A stretch of 64,000 bases of DNA. Origin: an uncultured Clostridia bacterium (GTDB lineage: Bacteria > Bacillota > Clostridia > Christensenellales > UBA1242). A model generated the notes under the pieces. It was not told the DNA's origin, made no database searches, and worked only from the letters and a program-made list of their open reading frames with translations. The translations under genes were made by a program, and so were the position numbers. Of this stretch, positions 34,719 through 44,624 are shown piece by piece (the first letter of the stretch is position 1; each line of letters begins with the position of its first letter). Location: contig CAMMFF010000007.1 in the NCBI GenBank assembly GCA_946496065.1, positions 1,690 through 65,689 on the forward strand, in the 5' to 3' direction.

Positions 34719-37223
34719 TTATTTATAGCGAGACTTTTTGTTTTTATATTTTTGGTTCGTCTGATAATTTTCTGCTCGTGTTTGTTTTCTTTTGTTTGCA
34801 TAAGGGTGACCAATAACTTCTTGTGAAAATTTTTCAAAACATTTTGCAAGATGTTCAGCATTAACAATGTCAGAAACAGTTATTTTTGGCATTTCAAATT
34901 TCTTTGTCAAGTCAGTGCTTCCGACAATGCTTCTGGAGAATCTGTTTGCGTTTGAAATTTTAAATTTAACAACTTCTCCAACCATGGCAACAATTTGATT
35001 GTTTAAAACAACTGCAACATTATTGTTTGTAACAGTATATTTTGATGAACCTACTGCGTCTGAAATAGAAATTTTTACTCTCATATTTTCTTTGGTTACA
35101 ACAACCAATTCATCACCTATTATTGAACGTATTCTTCCTTCAAAAATTTCATTCACGTGTTCTTCGGCATAAATTGCCAAGGCAAGTTCTTCAATTGTTT
35201 TGCTTGTTTTGTCAATCTCAACTTCTCTTGCAGAGACTTTTTGTGCCATGTTGTAAACATATTCTTTTGGTATTTCGTCAAGAACGATTGATGACAAACC
35301 TTTTTCTCTTAACATTTTATTCCAAAGGCATTTATGTCCATATTGGTTGATAAGGTCAGGAAACCTTCTTATTCCCGAGGTGAAATGCAGATAATAATCA
35401 AGTCCCAGAGCATTGTGGCAACATAAATCTTCCAACACTTCTTGCGTGTCTTTGTCGATAGGGTGTGGGACTGGGAAATATCTTGCCTTGTCAAGACAGG
35501 TCTTGGCGACTTCATTGACTATTTCTTCATATTCAGAATCTTTGAAATGGTTAAGAATTTTTTGTAATGACACATTTGAACCATCCCACTCCATGTCACA
35601 ATCCAAACAGGAGATCAGAGAATTGAATTTTTCAATTTTGAAAACGGTTGAGATTCCATGAGTCCTGTAAAGCACAGGAAGGTTTTGTGAGTCAGCTTTT
35701 CTTGCGGTGAATTCATTTGCATTAATCATCAAAGCTTCAATCAATTCCATTGATGGAAGGTGTGCCTTTCTTTCGATTTTTTCAATTTTTTCTTTGCTAG
35801 GGTCCAAATAGAATTGCACTTCTTCATCTGAATTTAATCTTAATGTTTGAGTTTTGTGCAATCTTTTCCAAACAGCTTGTGATGCTTTTAAATTGAAAAC
35901 CAATGCTTCAACCAAATCTGATGGTTCAACGGATTTGTGTGATTTTTTGCTTTCATTAAGTGCAATTGCAAAATTTTCATTTATATTTTCATTTGTGAAG
36001 TCGTCAAAAATTTGCTGAGCTTCATTATAGCTGAATTTCTTTTTGCTGTTGATTATGGCTTGGACAACTTCTCCCGATATAACATCTCCAGTTTTTGGAT
36101 TTATGGTTGTTTTGACGCACATTGTCAGTCTGTCTTCATTTGGGTTGAGAGAACATATTCCGCTGGCAATTTTGTGTGGCAACATATCAAATGCTCCAAG
36201 GAGAGTGTAGAGTGTGAAATTTTTCTCTGCTGCATCATTCCAAATTGGAGAGAAAGGTCTGATATATTCAGTCACATCAGCGATTGCAGCATATGTTACA
36301 ATATTTCCGTTCTCATCAATTTCAGTATAAACAGCATCGTCCATATCTTGACAGTCAAATGGGTCAATTGTGCAGAAAAGTTTGTTACGCAGGTCTATGT
36401 ATGTAGGCTTTGTTGGATCAATTTTATCAGTTTCAGACAAATCGGCGACTATATTATATTTGGTTGGGTCAACATGAGTCGGAATTGCATTTAATTGTTT
36501 TTCACCTTCTTCGGTCAAAGGTTTGTCTGCTTCAACGGCATGAGCATGTGCTCTGACATATTCTTTGAGAGAAGACAGTGGACCAAACACTTTATCAATT
36601 GTGCAACACTGATTTGCATCGTTGATTTTTGCTGTTACAACATGACCAAATGCATTATTGGTCATTTTTGGATTTAAAACTAAGTATTTTTTTGTGATTA
36701 CTCCATAAACAGATTGTTCATAGAAATATATTTCTCCGGTTTCTTTGTCTTTGTTTAAAAAACCGAGTGAAATTACAGGAGGATTTTTATAATCTAGAAT
36801 AGCAATATCGTTATTTTTATTGATAATAAAATTGACAGAGGCGTTGTTTCTTACCCCTTCCAAAGGTTTAATACTGTAGCATTTTTGATTTTCTTCAACA
36901 AAGATGCTTGCATCATGTTTGCCATAAACGTAATAAATTCCCATGTATTGTTCAGCATTTTTTGATTCATCTTGTTCAATCAGTTTTGTTGGTTTTGTTT
37001 CAAGAATGATAAAAGTTCTTTTGTTTTCAGTAATTCTCTTGACGCCATATTTTTCAAGAGAGATAAGTGCAGATTTGATTTTATTTCGAGAAATTCCGTT
37101 TCCGATTCTCTTTTTGCAAAGTTCAACAAAAGAGACGTAATCTATTTGCCCATCAGGAGATTCTTTCTGTTCTTTTGCAAAAATTTCAAAAACAACTTCA
37201 GATAATTTGCTTTTTTTTGACAT
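34719..37223 (-). CDS. rnr: ribonuclease R / RNase II-family exoribonuclease
   Basis: RNB motifs IDPFDCQDMDDAVY and HFTSGIRRFPDL, C-terminal S1-like domain and basic tail; ATG 37223 after AAGGTGA. Confidence 0.85.
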   Translation of the reverse strand: MSKKSKLSEVVFEIFAKEQKESPDGQIDYVSFVELCKKRIGNGISRNKIKSALISLEKYGVKRITENKRTFIILETKPTKLIEQDESKNAEQYMGIYYVYGKHDASIFVEENQKCYSIKPLEGVRNNASVNFIINKNNDIAILDYKNPPVISLGFLNKDKETGEIYFYEQSVYGVITKKYLVLNPKMTNNAFGHVVTAKINDANQCCTIDKVFGPLSSLKEYVRAHAHAVEADKPLTEEGEKQLNAIPTHVDPTKYNIVADLSETDKIDPTKPTYIDLRNKLFCTIDPFDCQDMDDAVYTEIDENGNIVTYAAIADVTEYIRPFSPIWNDAAEKNFTLYTLLGAFDMLPHKIASGICSLNPNEDRLTMCVKTTINPKTGDVISGEVVQAIINSKKKFSYNEAQQIFDDFTNENINENFAIALNESKKSHKSVEPSDLVEALVFNLKASQAVWKRLHKTQTLRLNSDEEVQFYLDPSKEKIEKIERKAHLPSMELIEALMINANEFTARKADSQNLPVLYRTHGISTVFKIEKFNSLISCLDCDMEWDGSNVSLQKILNHFKDSEYEEIVNEVAKTCLDKARYFPVPHPIDKDTQEVLEDLCCHNALGLDYYLHFTSGIRRFPDLINQYGHKCLWNKMLREKGLSSIVLDEIPKEYVYNMAQKVSAREVEIDKTSKTIEELALAIYAEEHVNEIFEGRIRSIIGDELVVVTKENMRVKISISDAVGSSKYTVTNNNVAVVLNNQIVAMVGEVVKFKISNANRFSRSIVGSTDLTKKFEMPKITVSDIVNAEHLAKCFEKFSQEVIGHPYANKRKQTRAENYQTNQKYKNKKSRYK

Positions 37224-37391
37224 AAGTTCACCTTCTAAGATGAGTATAACACCAGAAAAGAGAATAGTCAATACCCGTTTTTTATTTTTCAATTTCAAAA
37301 AACTCAAAATATACAAAATGAAGACATAAAAAGACAAATTTCTAAACGCTCAAAATTACATCATTGAACTACAATCAGGATAGGAGTTTTT

Positions 37392-39686
37392 ATGAATTTG
37401 AAAATTAACAAATATTTGTCATTTATTCTTCAGTTTGTCATCTTTTTGGCATTGTTTTTTGTCCTTTTTAATGCAAGCATAAATTATGTAATTTTTCCAT
37501 TCGCTTTTGGAATGCTTTTTGCACTCACTTGGGCGAACCAAAAAGTTTGGCTTTTGGTTCCAGCTTACATAATTGCTGGTGTGGTTTATCAGCCCACAAT
37601 GGAATTTGCAATTTGTATGTTGGTTTGCATTTTTTGCTTGATTGTGCCATATTTCATTCACATTTTATGCAAGAAAAACATGAAAAAGTGGGAGTTTGCT
37701 GTTTTTGCCATTCTCAGTCAGACAGCAAATGTCGTTTTTGATGTCATTTCGGACTTCTCTCCAATTCTTTCGTGCGTAAGTGTTTTGTTGGGCGTTTTGT
37801 TTATGTATGCCTGCATAAATGTTTTTGAGGCGATCATTATTCGTGGATTCACAAACAAATTGACAAGTCTGGAAATTGTCTCTCTTTTCACAATCATTGC
37901 GGCCATTTGCAGTGGGCTTATGATGCTTAACATCTCATCATTCAGCTTTTTGAAATTGTTTATGAGTTTTGTTTTGCTTGTTTTTGCTTTTTGTTCAACC
38001 CCACTTTTGACTTTGCTTGTTGCATCCATTGGCGGCATTGGTTCGTTGATTGCAACAAACAATCCAATTTATGTCACACCATTCATCATTTGGGCGTTGG
38101 CAGTTTTGCTCTTTAAAAAGCGTCATAGAATTTTCATGATAATTTCACTCATTTGTGTGGAACTTATTATTGGATATTATTTCAATCTTTATTTGTCATT
38201 TGGTTATGTTGAAATTTTGCCAGTTGCAATCTCAAGTTTGATCTTTTTATGCTTGCCAAAAGGTTTGTGCAGTGAAATCGCTGTAATTTTCAATCTCTCA
38301 AAGGATAGGCTTGCAATGAAAAATGTTGTCAATCGAAACAGAGAGATTTTGCACAGGCGACTTGGAAATTTGTCCGAAATTTTCAATGAGATGAACATCA
38401 TATATCGCAATATGTTGAAACAGGGAATGACACTTGATGAAGTGAAAACTTTGCTTGAACAAGAAATTACAGACAAGATTTGTTCTTTCTGTCCAGAAAG
38501 AAATCATTGTCACAGAACTTTTGCAGAAAACACCAAACAGGTTTTTGATGAATTGATTACCATTTCTTTTGAAAAAGGAAAAGCTACACTTCTGGACATT
38601 CCTTCATATTTGACTTCAAGGTGCAAACAGACAAACGCAATTTTGGGAAGTATCAACACTTTGACGGGGCAATATAAAAAATATATGAGCATGGTTCACG
38701 ATGTGGATACCAGCAAGTTGATTATTGCCGAACAACTTTTGGGTGTTTCAAAAATCATGGGCGGGCTGTCAAAAGAAGTGGAATCAAGCATATCATTTGA
38801 CACGACACGAGAAAATAAAATTCTTGATGAATTGACTTATTACAACATCATTTGCATTGATGCAGTTGTCTTTGAAAAAGATGTATGGACACAAATGGCA
38901 TCGGTTGTTGTCAGAAATAGTGACAGTGACAAACCAAGAATTGTCGATGTGATCAGCAAGGTTTGTGGAAGCAAAATGGCTGTTTTTGAAAGTTATCCTT
39001 GCTCAAGGCCGGGATACACTGTTGTAAACTTAAAGACTGCTCCAAAATATGACTGTTTGTTTGGTGTTGCTCAAAAAACTAAGAATGGCTCCAAAATGAG
39101 TGGTGACACATACAGCATCGTCAAACTTGATGGCGAGAAAATTTTGTTTGCAATCAGTGATGGAATGGGCAGTGGAGAGAAAGCAGAGAAGACAAGTGAA
39201 CTTTCAATAAGTTTGGTGGAAAATTTTTATAAGGCCGGTTTTGATAATGATTTGATTTTGTCAACAGTCAACAAACTTTTGGCATTGCACAAAGAAGAAA
39301 TTTTCAGTGCTCTAGACATTGCCATTGTTGATGAAAAGAATGGGTTGGTTGATTTCATCAAAATGGCATCACCAAAATCTTACATTTTGAATGAAGATCA
39401 ATGCCAGGCAGTCGAGGCAGGTGCTTTGCCAATGGGTATTGTTGAAGAAACAAAGCCGCTTATCAAAAAACATGTCATTGAAGCCAAAGATTTCATCATT
39501 TTGATTTCTGATGGAATAAGCGACAGTTTTGAAGATGATGAAGAACTCAAGGAATGTATCAAAACAATAAAAACAAAAAATCCGCAAGAATTTGCAGACG
39601 AACTTTTGGAAAGAGCGCTCGCTTGCAACAATGGATACGCGGTTGACGACATGACGGTTATTGTTGTAAAAATTTTGGATTTCTAA
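37392..39686 (+). CDS. spoIIE: stage II sporulation protein E (PP2C phosphatase, ~10 TM)
   Basis: Polytopic N-half; C-terminal SGDTYS...AISDGMGSGEKA...ISDGISD...DDMTVIVV PP2C motifs; upstream of tilS as in Bacillus. Confidence 0.8.
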   Translation: MNLKINKYLSFILQFVIFLALFFVLFNASINYVIFPFAFGMLFALTWANQKVWLLVPAYIIAGVVYQPTMEFAICMLVCIFCLIVPYFIHILCKKNMKKWEFAVFAILSQTANVVFDVISDFSPILSCVSVLLGVLFMYACINVFEAIIIRGFTNKLTSLEIVSLFTIIAAICSGLMMLNISSFSFLKLFMSFVLLVFAFCSTPLLTLLVASIGGIGSLIATNNPIYVTPFIIWALAVLLFKKRHRIFMIISLICVELIIGYYFNLYLSFGYVEILPVAISSLIFLCLPKGLCSEIAVIFNLSKDRLAMKNVVNRNREILHRRLGNLSEIFNEMNIIYRNMLKQGMTLDEVKTLLEQEITDKICSFCPERNHCHRTFAENTKQVFDELITISFEKGKATLLDIPSYLTSRCKQTNAILGSINTLTGQYKKYMSMVHDVDTSKLIIAEQLLGVSKIMGGLSKEVESSISFDTTRENKILDELTYYNIICIDAVVFEKDVWTQMASVVVRNSDSDKPRIVDVISKVCGSKMAVFESYPCSRPGYTVVNLKTAPKYDCLFGVAQKTKNGSKMSGDTYSIVKLDGEKILFAISDGMGSGEKAEKTSELSISLVENFYKAGFDNDLILSTVNKLLALHKEEIFSALDIAIVDEKNGLVDFIKMASPKSYILNEDQCQAVEAGALPMGIVEETKPLIKKHVIEAKDFIILISDGISDSFEDDEELKECIKTIKTKNPQEFADELLERALACNNGYAVDDMTVIVVKILDF

Positions 39687-39810
39687 AAAATATCAAAAAA
39701 TGTGCAAAAAAATCACAAAAAATGCCTTAAAAAAGCATTTTTTTTGAAAAACATATTGTTTTTTGATTGATTTTTTTGTATACTATGCTAAAGAAAATTG
39801 GGGAAAAGAG

Positions 39811-41145
39811 ATGGAGAAGATATTAGATTTTGTTAAAAAACATAATTTAATCAAGCCTGGTGAAGTCATCGGTGTTGGTGTCAGTGGCGGAATTGACTCA
39901 ATGTGTCTGTTGCATTTCTTGAACGAAAACAGGCAGTTGCTTGACATTGAGGTTGTTGCAATTCACATCAATCACGGCATCAGGGAAGCAAGTTATGATG
40001 AAGCGCGTTTTGTTATGCAAAAGTGCAAAGAAATGGGAGTTAGAGTTTACAAATTTTCAATTGATGCTCCAAAGATTGCAAAGGAGAAGAAGATAAGCAT
40101 TGAAACCGCTGCAAGAGAAGGACGTTATGGTGTTTTTGAAGCATTGGTAAAAAAAGATATTGTGGACAAGGTTGCACTTGCACATCACCAAAGTGACCAG
40201 GCAGAAACAATTTTGATGCACATTTTCAGAGGTTGTGGTGTTTCTGGAGCAAGAGGAATGGAACCTGTGAGAGACAAGATCTACATCAGACCTATGCTTC
40301 CAGTTTCAAAAGAAGAAATCAATGAATATGCTTCATTGAACAACATTGAATACGTTGAAGACGAAAGCAACACTGACACTTCTTACGCAAGAAATTATGT
40401 GAGAAATGTCATCATGAAAGATATTCTCAAAAAATGGCCAAATGCCATTGAAGCAATCAACAACTTTGCAAGTGCAGTAAGTGACGATGATGACTATATC
40501 AAATCACTGCTTAACACAAATGCTCTTCTTGTTGATGACAAAATTGTTCAAATGCCATGCAGTTATTTTTATGGAAGCAGTTCAATCTACAGTCGTATTG
40601 TTTTCAAAGCGTTATCACTTATCGGTGTAAAGAAAGATATTGAAAGAAAACATATTGAAATGATCAGAGAACTTGCTGTTAACCTTGAAAATGGCAAAAA
40701 AATCAAACTTCCTTATGACATTACCGTAAGCAAAGAGTATGATTATCTCACATTCGAAAACAACTATGTTGAAAAGCCTAAAATGAACAAGGCATTGAAA
40801 TGTGAAGAGTTTGACGCTCCAAACTTTGGAACAGTCACCGTCAAGAGAGTTAAAACTGATAAGATGAATGAAAGTGATGCTCTTTATTTTGACTATAGAA
40901 AAGTTCCAAAAGAAGCGAGATGGAGATACAGAGAAGAGGGGGATGTCATTGAAAAGTTTGGTGGTGGAACAAAGAAACTCAAATCTTTCTTGATTGACAA
41001 AAAAATTCCTGTCAGACTCAGAGATTACATTCCTGTGCTTGCTTGTGAAAATGAAGTGTATGTCATCGCTGGGGTGGCAATAAGTGAAAAAGTCAGAGTT
41101 GATGCTGACGTTCCAACTTGCTTCAAAATCACTGTGAAAAAATAA
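39811..41145 (+). CDS. tilS: tRNA(Ile)-lysidine synthase
   Basis: PP-loop GVGVSGGIDSM; HHQSDQAET; ATG 39811 after GGGGAAAAGAG. Confidence 0.88.
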   Translation: MEKILDFVKKHNLIKPGEVIGVGVSGGIDSMCLLHFLNENRQLLDIEVVAIHINHGIREASYDEARFVMQKCKEMGVRVYKFSIDAPKIAKEKKISIETAAREGRYGVFEALVKKDIVDKVALAHHQSDQAETILMHIFRGCGVSGARGMEPVRDKIYIRPMLPVSKEEINEYASLNNIEYVEDESNTDTSYARNYVRNVIMKDILKKWPNAIEAINNFASAVSDDDDYIKSLLNTNALLVDDKIVQMPCSYFYGSSSIYSRIVFKALSLIGVKKDIERKHIEMIRELAVNLENGKKIKLPYDITVSKEYDYLTFENNYVEKPKMNKALKCEEFDAPNFGTVTVKRVKTDKMNESDALYFDYRKVPKEARWRYREEGDVIEKFGGGTKKLKSFLIDKKIPVRLRDYIPVLACENEVYVIAGVAISEKVRVDADVPTCFKITVKK

Positions 41146-41176
41146 AAATCTTGGATTTCAATTCCAAGATTTTTTA
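41145..41176 (+). terminator. rho-independent terminator
   Basis: AAAATCTTGGA / TCCAAGATTTT stem + T-run. Confidence 0.8.
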
Positions 41177-41232
41177 TTACATTTAAAATTCAGTTTTTAA
41201 CTTCAGTTTTCATCATAAAGATTGGGTCATTT

Positions 41233-42225
41233 TTAGATTGCAAAACTGAAAACATTTTTAAGAGGCTCTCTTGTGACAAAGCCATATTTTTGACAAGCAC
41301 TTTCAAACAATACATAAATTTTTCCGTTGACAAACTCGATTTCTTCACTCATGCAAGGTGCTTCCAAATCTTCAATAAGAATTTTGTTTTCCAAAACAAA
41401 GAGTGGAATTGCTGTTGAGTCATTATAGTTGAATGTTTTTTCTGCCTCAGAAGTTTCTTCCATGATGTTTGTGTATGAATAAATATGTGAGTTTGGAAGA
41501 GAATATGAAGTTGAAATCACAATTTTTTCTGTTGTGAATGACATACCTTGAACCAAAGATGGGGTGGAAAGTGCCATGATTGGTGTTGTTGATGTGATGC
41601 CATAAGGACTGTCGCTGTTGATTTCATAACAAAAACTTATTGCCTTGTTGATTGTGCCATCTGATGTTTCGATGAAATGACTTTCATCTGTGTCATATTT
41701 GCCTTCTCTGTGAAATTCTCCAACCCAAAGATTGTTTTTTGTTCTGTCAACAGTGACAAAGTCTGCGCCATTGTTTGAAACGAAAGAATCAAGAATTTGT
41801 ATTGCATTTCCATTTTCAACCGCCATAACCTCTTCAAATGAGAATCTGTTTACCGTTCCGTCTCCAACAATCCAAACATTTGTTCCATCGGTTGCAATTC
41901 CACCAGCATGACCGGTGTAAACTTTGTCTTCTATATTAAGTGTGAAAAATTTTGTTGTTTTTTCAGTTTTTCCATCAACTACATAAATTCTTGAAGCCGA
42001 ACCATCATTCATATAACCGCAAACAAGGAAAATGTTTTCTTTGTCTTCATAACAAAGTCCTTGAGGAGTGAAACCTTCACTTAGTCCCGGAATTTCAAAT
42101 TCTTTGGTCGCTTTGGCATAAAAATCTCCATAAGAAACACCAAAATACCAAAATGTCACAAAGATTGCCAAAACGGCAAATATGCAAGCAATCACAATGG
42201 TGGTTATTTTTTTAGATTTGCTCAT
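41233..42225 (-). CDS. membrane-anchored hypothetical protein (beta-propeller-like)
   Basis: TAGGAGGA SD; N-terminal TM; repeated beta-strand-rich sequence. Confidence 0.7.
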   Translation of the reverse strand: MSKSKKITTIVIACIFAVLAIFVTFWYFGVSYGDFYAKATKEFEIPGLSEGFTPQGLCYEDKENIFLVCGYMNDGSASRIYVVDGKTEKTTKFFTLNIEDKVYTGHAGGIATDGTNVWIVGDGTVNRFSFEEVMAVENGNAIQILDSFVSNNGADFVTVDRTKNNLWVGEFHREGKYDTDESHFIETSDGTINKAISFCYEINSDSPYGITSTTPIMALSTPSLVQGMSFTTEKIVISTSYSLPNSHIYSYTNIMEETSEAEKTFNYNDSTAIPLFVLENKILIEDLEAPCMSEEIEFVNGKIYVLFESACQKYGFVTREPLKNVFSFAI

Positions 42226-42402
42226 AAATATATCCTCCTATTTATAGAAAACCTATTTTTATATGAGTTTATCATTAAAATATTTTTGCGTCAAATGATT
42301 AAAAGAAATTTTTTTATTTTGCCACTTTATGGCAATTTTTTTGTTTTAATCATTTTGCATTATTTTTAAAATATAGTAAAATATTTATTAAGGAGGATTA
42401 GC

Positions 42403-43254
42403 ATGAAAACTGTTATCACTGCAGAAAGCACAATTGACCTTCCGAAAGAACTTTTGGAGAAATATGATATCAAAACCATTCCTTATATGATTATTCTTGG
42501 GGATAACGAATTTAAAGATGGAGAAATTCAACCAACTGAAATTTTTGATTTTGTTGATAAAAATAAAATTTTGCCTAAGACCTCAGCAATCAACAAAGAA
42601 CAATATTTAGAATTTTTTAAACAACAACTACAGTCTCATGATGCGGTTGTTCATTTTTGTCTTTCCGGCGGAATCACAAGCGCTTGTCAAAATGCAAAAG
42701 ATGCTGCACAAGAACTCAAAAATGTCTATGTTGTAGACACACAATCTCTTTCGACTGGAATTGCACTTCTTGCAATTTATGCGAAAAAACTTGTTGACAA
42801 AGGTGTTGATGCTTCTGAAATTTATGAAAAGGTGATCGCGAGAACTCCAAATGTTCAAGCGAGTTTTGTGCTGAAAAAGTTGGAATATCTTTATAAAGGA
42901 GGAAGATGTTCAGCGTTGTCATACTTTGGAGCGAACATTATGCACATAAGACCACAAATCATTCTCAAAAATGGCAAAATGGGTGTGCACAGAAAATATC
43001 GCGGAAACATGGACAAGGTGGTGGCACAATATTGCAAAGACACTTTGGAAGAATTTAATAATCCTGATTTGGAAGTTGTTTTTGTCACATACACAACAGC
43101 AACTCCAGAAATGATTGAAGCAGCCAAAAATGCCGTCAAAGCAAGAGGTTTCAAGACCATTTATGAAACAAAGGCTGGAGCGACAATTTCAAGTCATTGT
43201 GGGGAAAATACATTGGGAATTTTGTATATCAACGATGGCACAGAAGGTCACTAA
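42403..43254 (+). CDS. DegV-family fatty-acid-binding protein
   Basis: AAGGAGG SD; DegV-like length and motifs (STGIALL, GGR). Confidence 0.8.
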   Translation: MKTVITAESTIDLPKELLEKYDIKTIPYMIILGDNEFKDGEIQPTEIFDFVDKNKILPKTSAINKEQYLEFFKQQLQSHDAVVHFCLSGGITSACQNAKDAAQELKNVYVVDTQSLSTGIALLAIYAKKLVDKGVDASEIYEKVIARTPNVQASFVLKKLEYLYKGGRCSALSYFGANIMHIRPQIILKNGKMGVHRKYRGNMDKVVAQYCKDTLEEFNNPDLEVVFVTYTTATPEMIEAAKNAVKARGFKTIYETKAGATISSHCGENTLGILYINDGTEGH

Positions 43255-43278
43255 AAGATTGGAAACAATCTTTTTTTT
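43255..43278 (+). terminator. rho-independent terminator
   Basis: AAGATTG / CAATCTT stem + T8. Confidence 0.75.
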
Positions 43279-43315
43279 GATACATTTTTTCTTTTAAATT
43301 CGACATAATAAAAGT

Positions 43316-43432
43316 ATGAAAAAGAGAAAAAAGAAAAGTGAATATCAAAGCAAAAACGACCCATTGGGGTCATACACAGGAACACCTTCAGATGAATATG
43401 AAATTCCTGTGCAAGATGCAGACGATTTGTAA
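43316..43432 (+). CDS. candidate 38-aa small protein
   Basis: MKKRKKKSEYQSKNDPLGSYTGTPSDEYEIPVQDADDL; CATAAT box 6 nt upstream, no SD. Confidence 0.35.
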   Translation: MKKRKKKSEYQSKNDPLGSYTGTPSDEYEIPVQDADDL

Positions 43433-43488
43433 GGATTAATGGGGTTTTTATGCTTGTTTTTTTGCTTTAAAAGTTGTATCATATTTTC

Positions 43489-44340
43489 ATGAAAGAATTG
43501 ACAAAGGCACAAAGCGTTGAACAAAGCATAAACAAAAGATTTAGAAAAGGCATTTGGTCAAAATTTATTTTGGCTCTCAAGAGATATGAGTTGATTCAAG
43601 AAGGTGACAAGATTGCAGTTTGCATTTCAGGCGGGAAAGATTCCATGCTTCTTGCAAAACTTATGCAGATGTTGCAAAGGATTTCCGAAGTCAAATTTGA
43701 CCTTGTTTTTTTATGCATGGATCCGGGCTATAACGCAGAAAACAGGAAACAGATTGAAACAAATGCAAAAATGCTGGAAATCCCATTGGAAATTTTTGAG
43801 ACCAACATTTTTGACAGTGTAGTTAACATTGAAAAATCTCCTTGCTACCTTTGTGCAAGAATGAGAAGGGGATATCTTTATAATGAAGCACAAAAACGAG
43901 GGTGCAACAAAATTGCACTCGCACATCACTATAGCGATGTGATTGAAACGACTTTGATGGGCATGCTGTATGGGGCACAAATTCAAGCGATGCTTCCAAA
44001 ATTGCGTTCTCAAAATTTTGAAGGTATGCAACTCATCAGACCACTTTATTGTGTTCATGAAGACGATATCATTGCTTGGAAGAATTACAACAATTTGAAA
44101 TTTTTGCAGTGTGCTTGCCGTTTCACTGAAAATTGTCATTTGTCAGAAGATGAGATTTCTCCTTCTGCCAGACTTGAAGTGAAAAATTTGATTAAGCAGT
44201 TGAAAAAACAAATTCCTGAAGTGGAAAACCATATTTTCAAGAGTATTCACAATGTCAACATTGAAACTCTGGTTGGTTTGAAGTACCACGGAAAGGTTTA
44301 TGATTTCAATGAAATTTATAATGATGATGGAAATAAATAA
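43489..44340 (+). CDS. ttcA: TtcA-family tRNA 2-thiocytidine / PP-loop ATPase
   Basis: CISGGKDSM PP-loop, SPCYLCARMRRG, second Cys pair CAC; start 43489 (ATG) or 43474 (TTG). Confidence 0.8.
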   Translation: MKELTKAQSVEQSINKRFRKGIWSKFILALKRYELIQEGDKIAVCISGGKDSMLLAKLMQMLQRISEVKFDLVFLCMDPGYNAENRKQIETNAKMLEIPLEIFETNIFDSVVNIEKSPCYLCARMRRGYLYNEAQKRGCNKIALAHHYSDVIETTLMGMLYGAQIQAMLPKLRSQNFEGMQLIRPLYCVHEDDIIAWKNYNNLKFLQCACRFTENCHLSEDEISPSARLEVKNLIKQLKKQIPEVENHIFKSIHNVNIETLVGLKYHGKVYDFNEIYNDDGNK

Positions 44341-44360
44341 AATAAGTGTTAATAAAATGA

Positions 44361-44390
44361 AAAAAGTCACAAATTTTTGTGACTTTTTTT
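44361..44390. terminator. bidirectional rho-independent terminator
   Basis: AAAAAGTCACAAA / TTTGTGACTTTTT. Confidence 0.8.
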
Positions 44391-44408
44391 GAAAACTAAA
44401 TTTTGAGT

Positions 44409-44576
44409 TTAGCCTTCATCATCAACACTTACGTAGTAACTACCTTCATGTTGTGTTGCAGGAAATCGTTTTCCTTTTTCAAGATAAGTAGTTCCACCGT
44501 TATTTCCTTCGCGGTCGTAGGCTGCATATTCCCCAGATTCAGGAACTTGCTCACCAGGTTTCCATTTTTGACTCAT
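44409..44576 (-). CDS. YjzC-like small protein (55 aa)
   Basis: AGGAGG SD; MSQKWKPGEQVPESGEYAAY...KGKRFPATQHEG pattern recalled from YjzC family; below ORF-track cut-off. Confidence 0.65.
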   Translation of the reverse strand: MSQKWKPGEQVPESGEYAAYDREGNNGGTTYLEKGKRFPATQHEGSYYVSVDDEG

Positions 44577-44624
44577 TTTAACCTCCTGTAAGTAGGTTGT
44601 GCAATGAGAGATAAAATATTCAAG

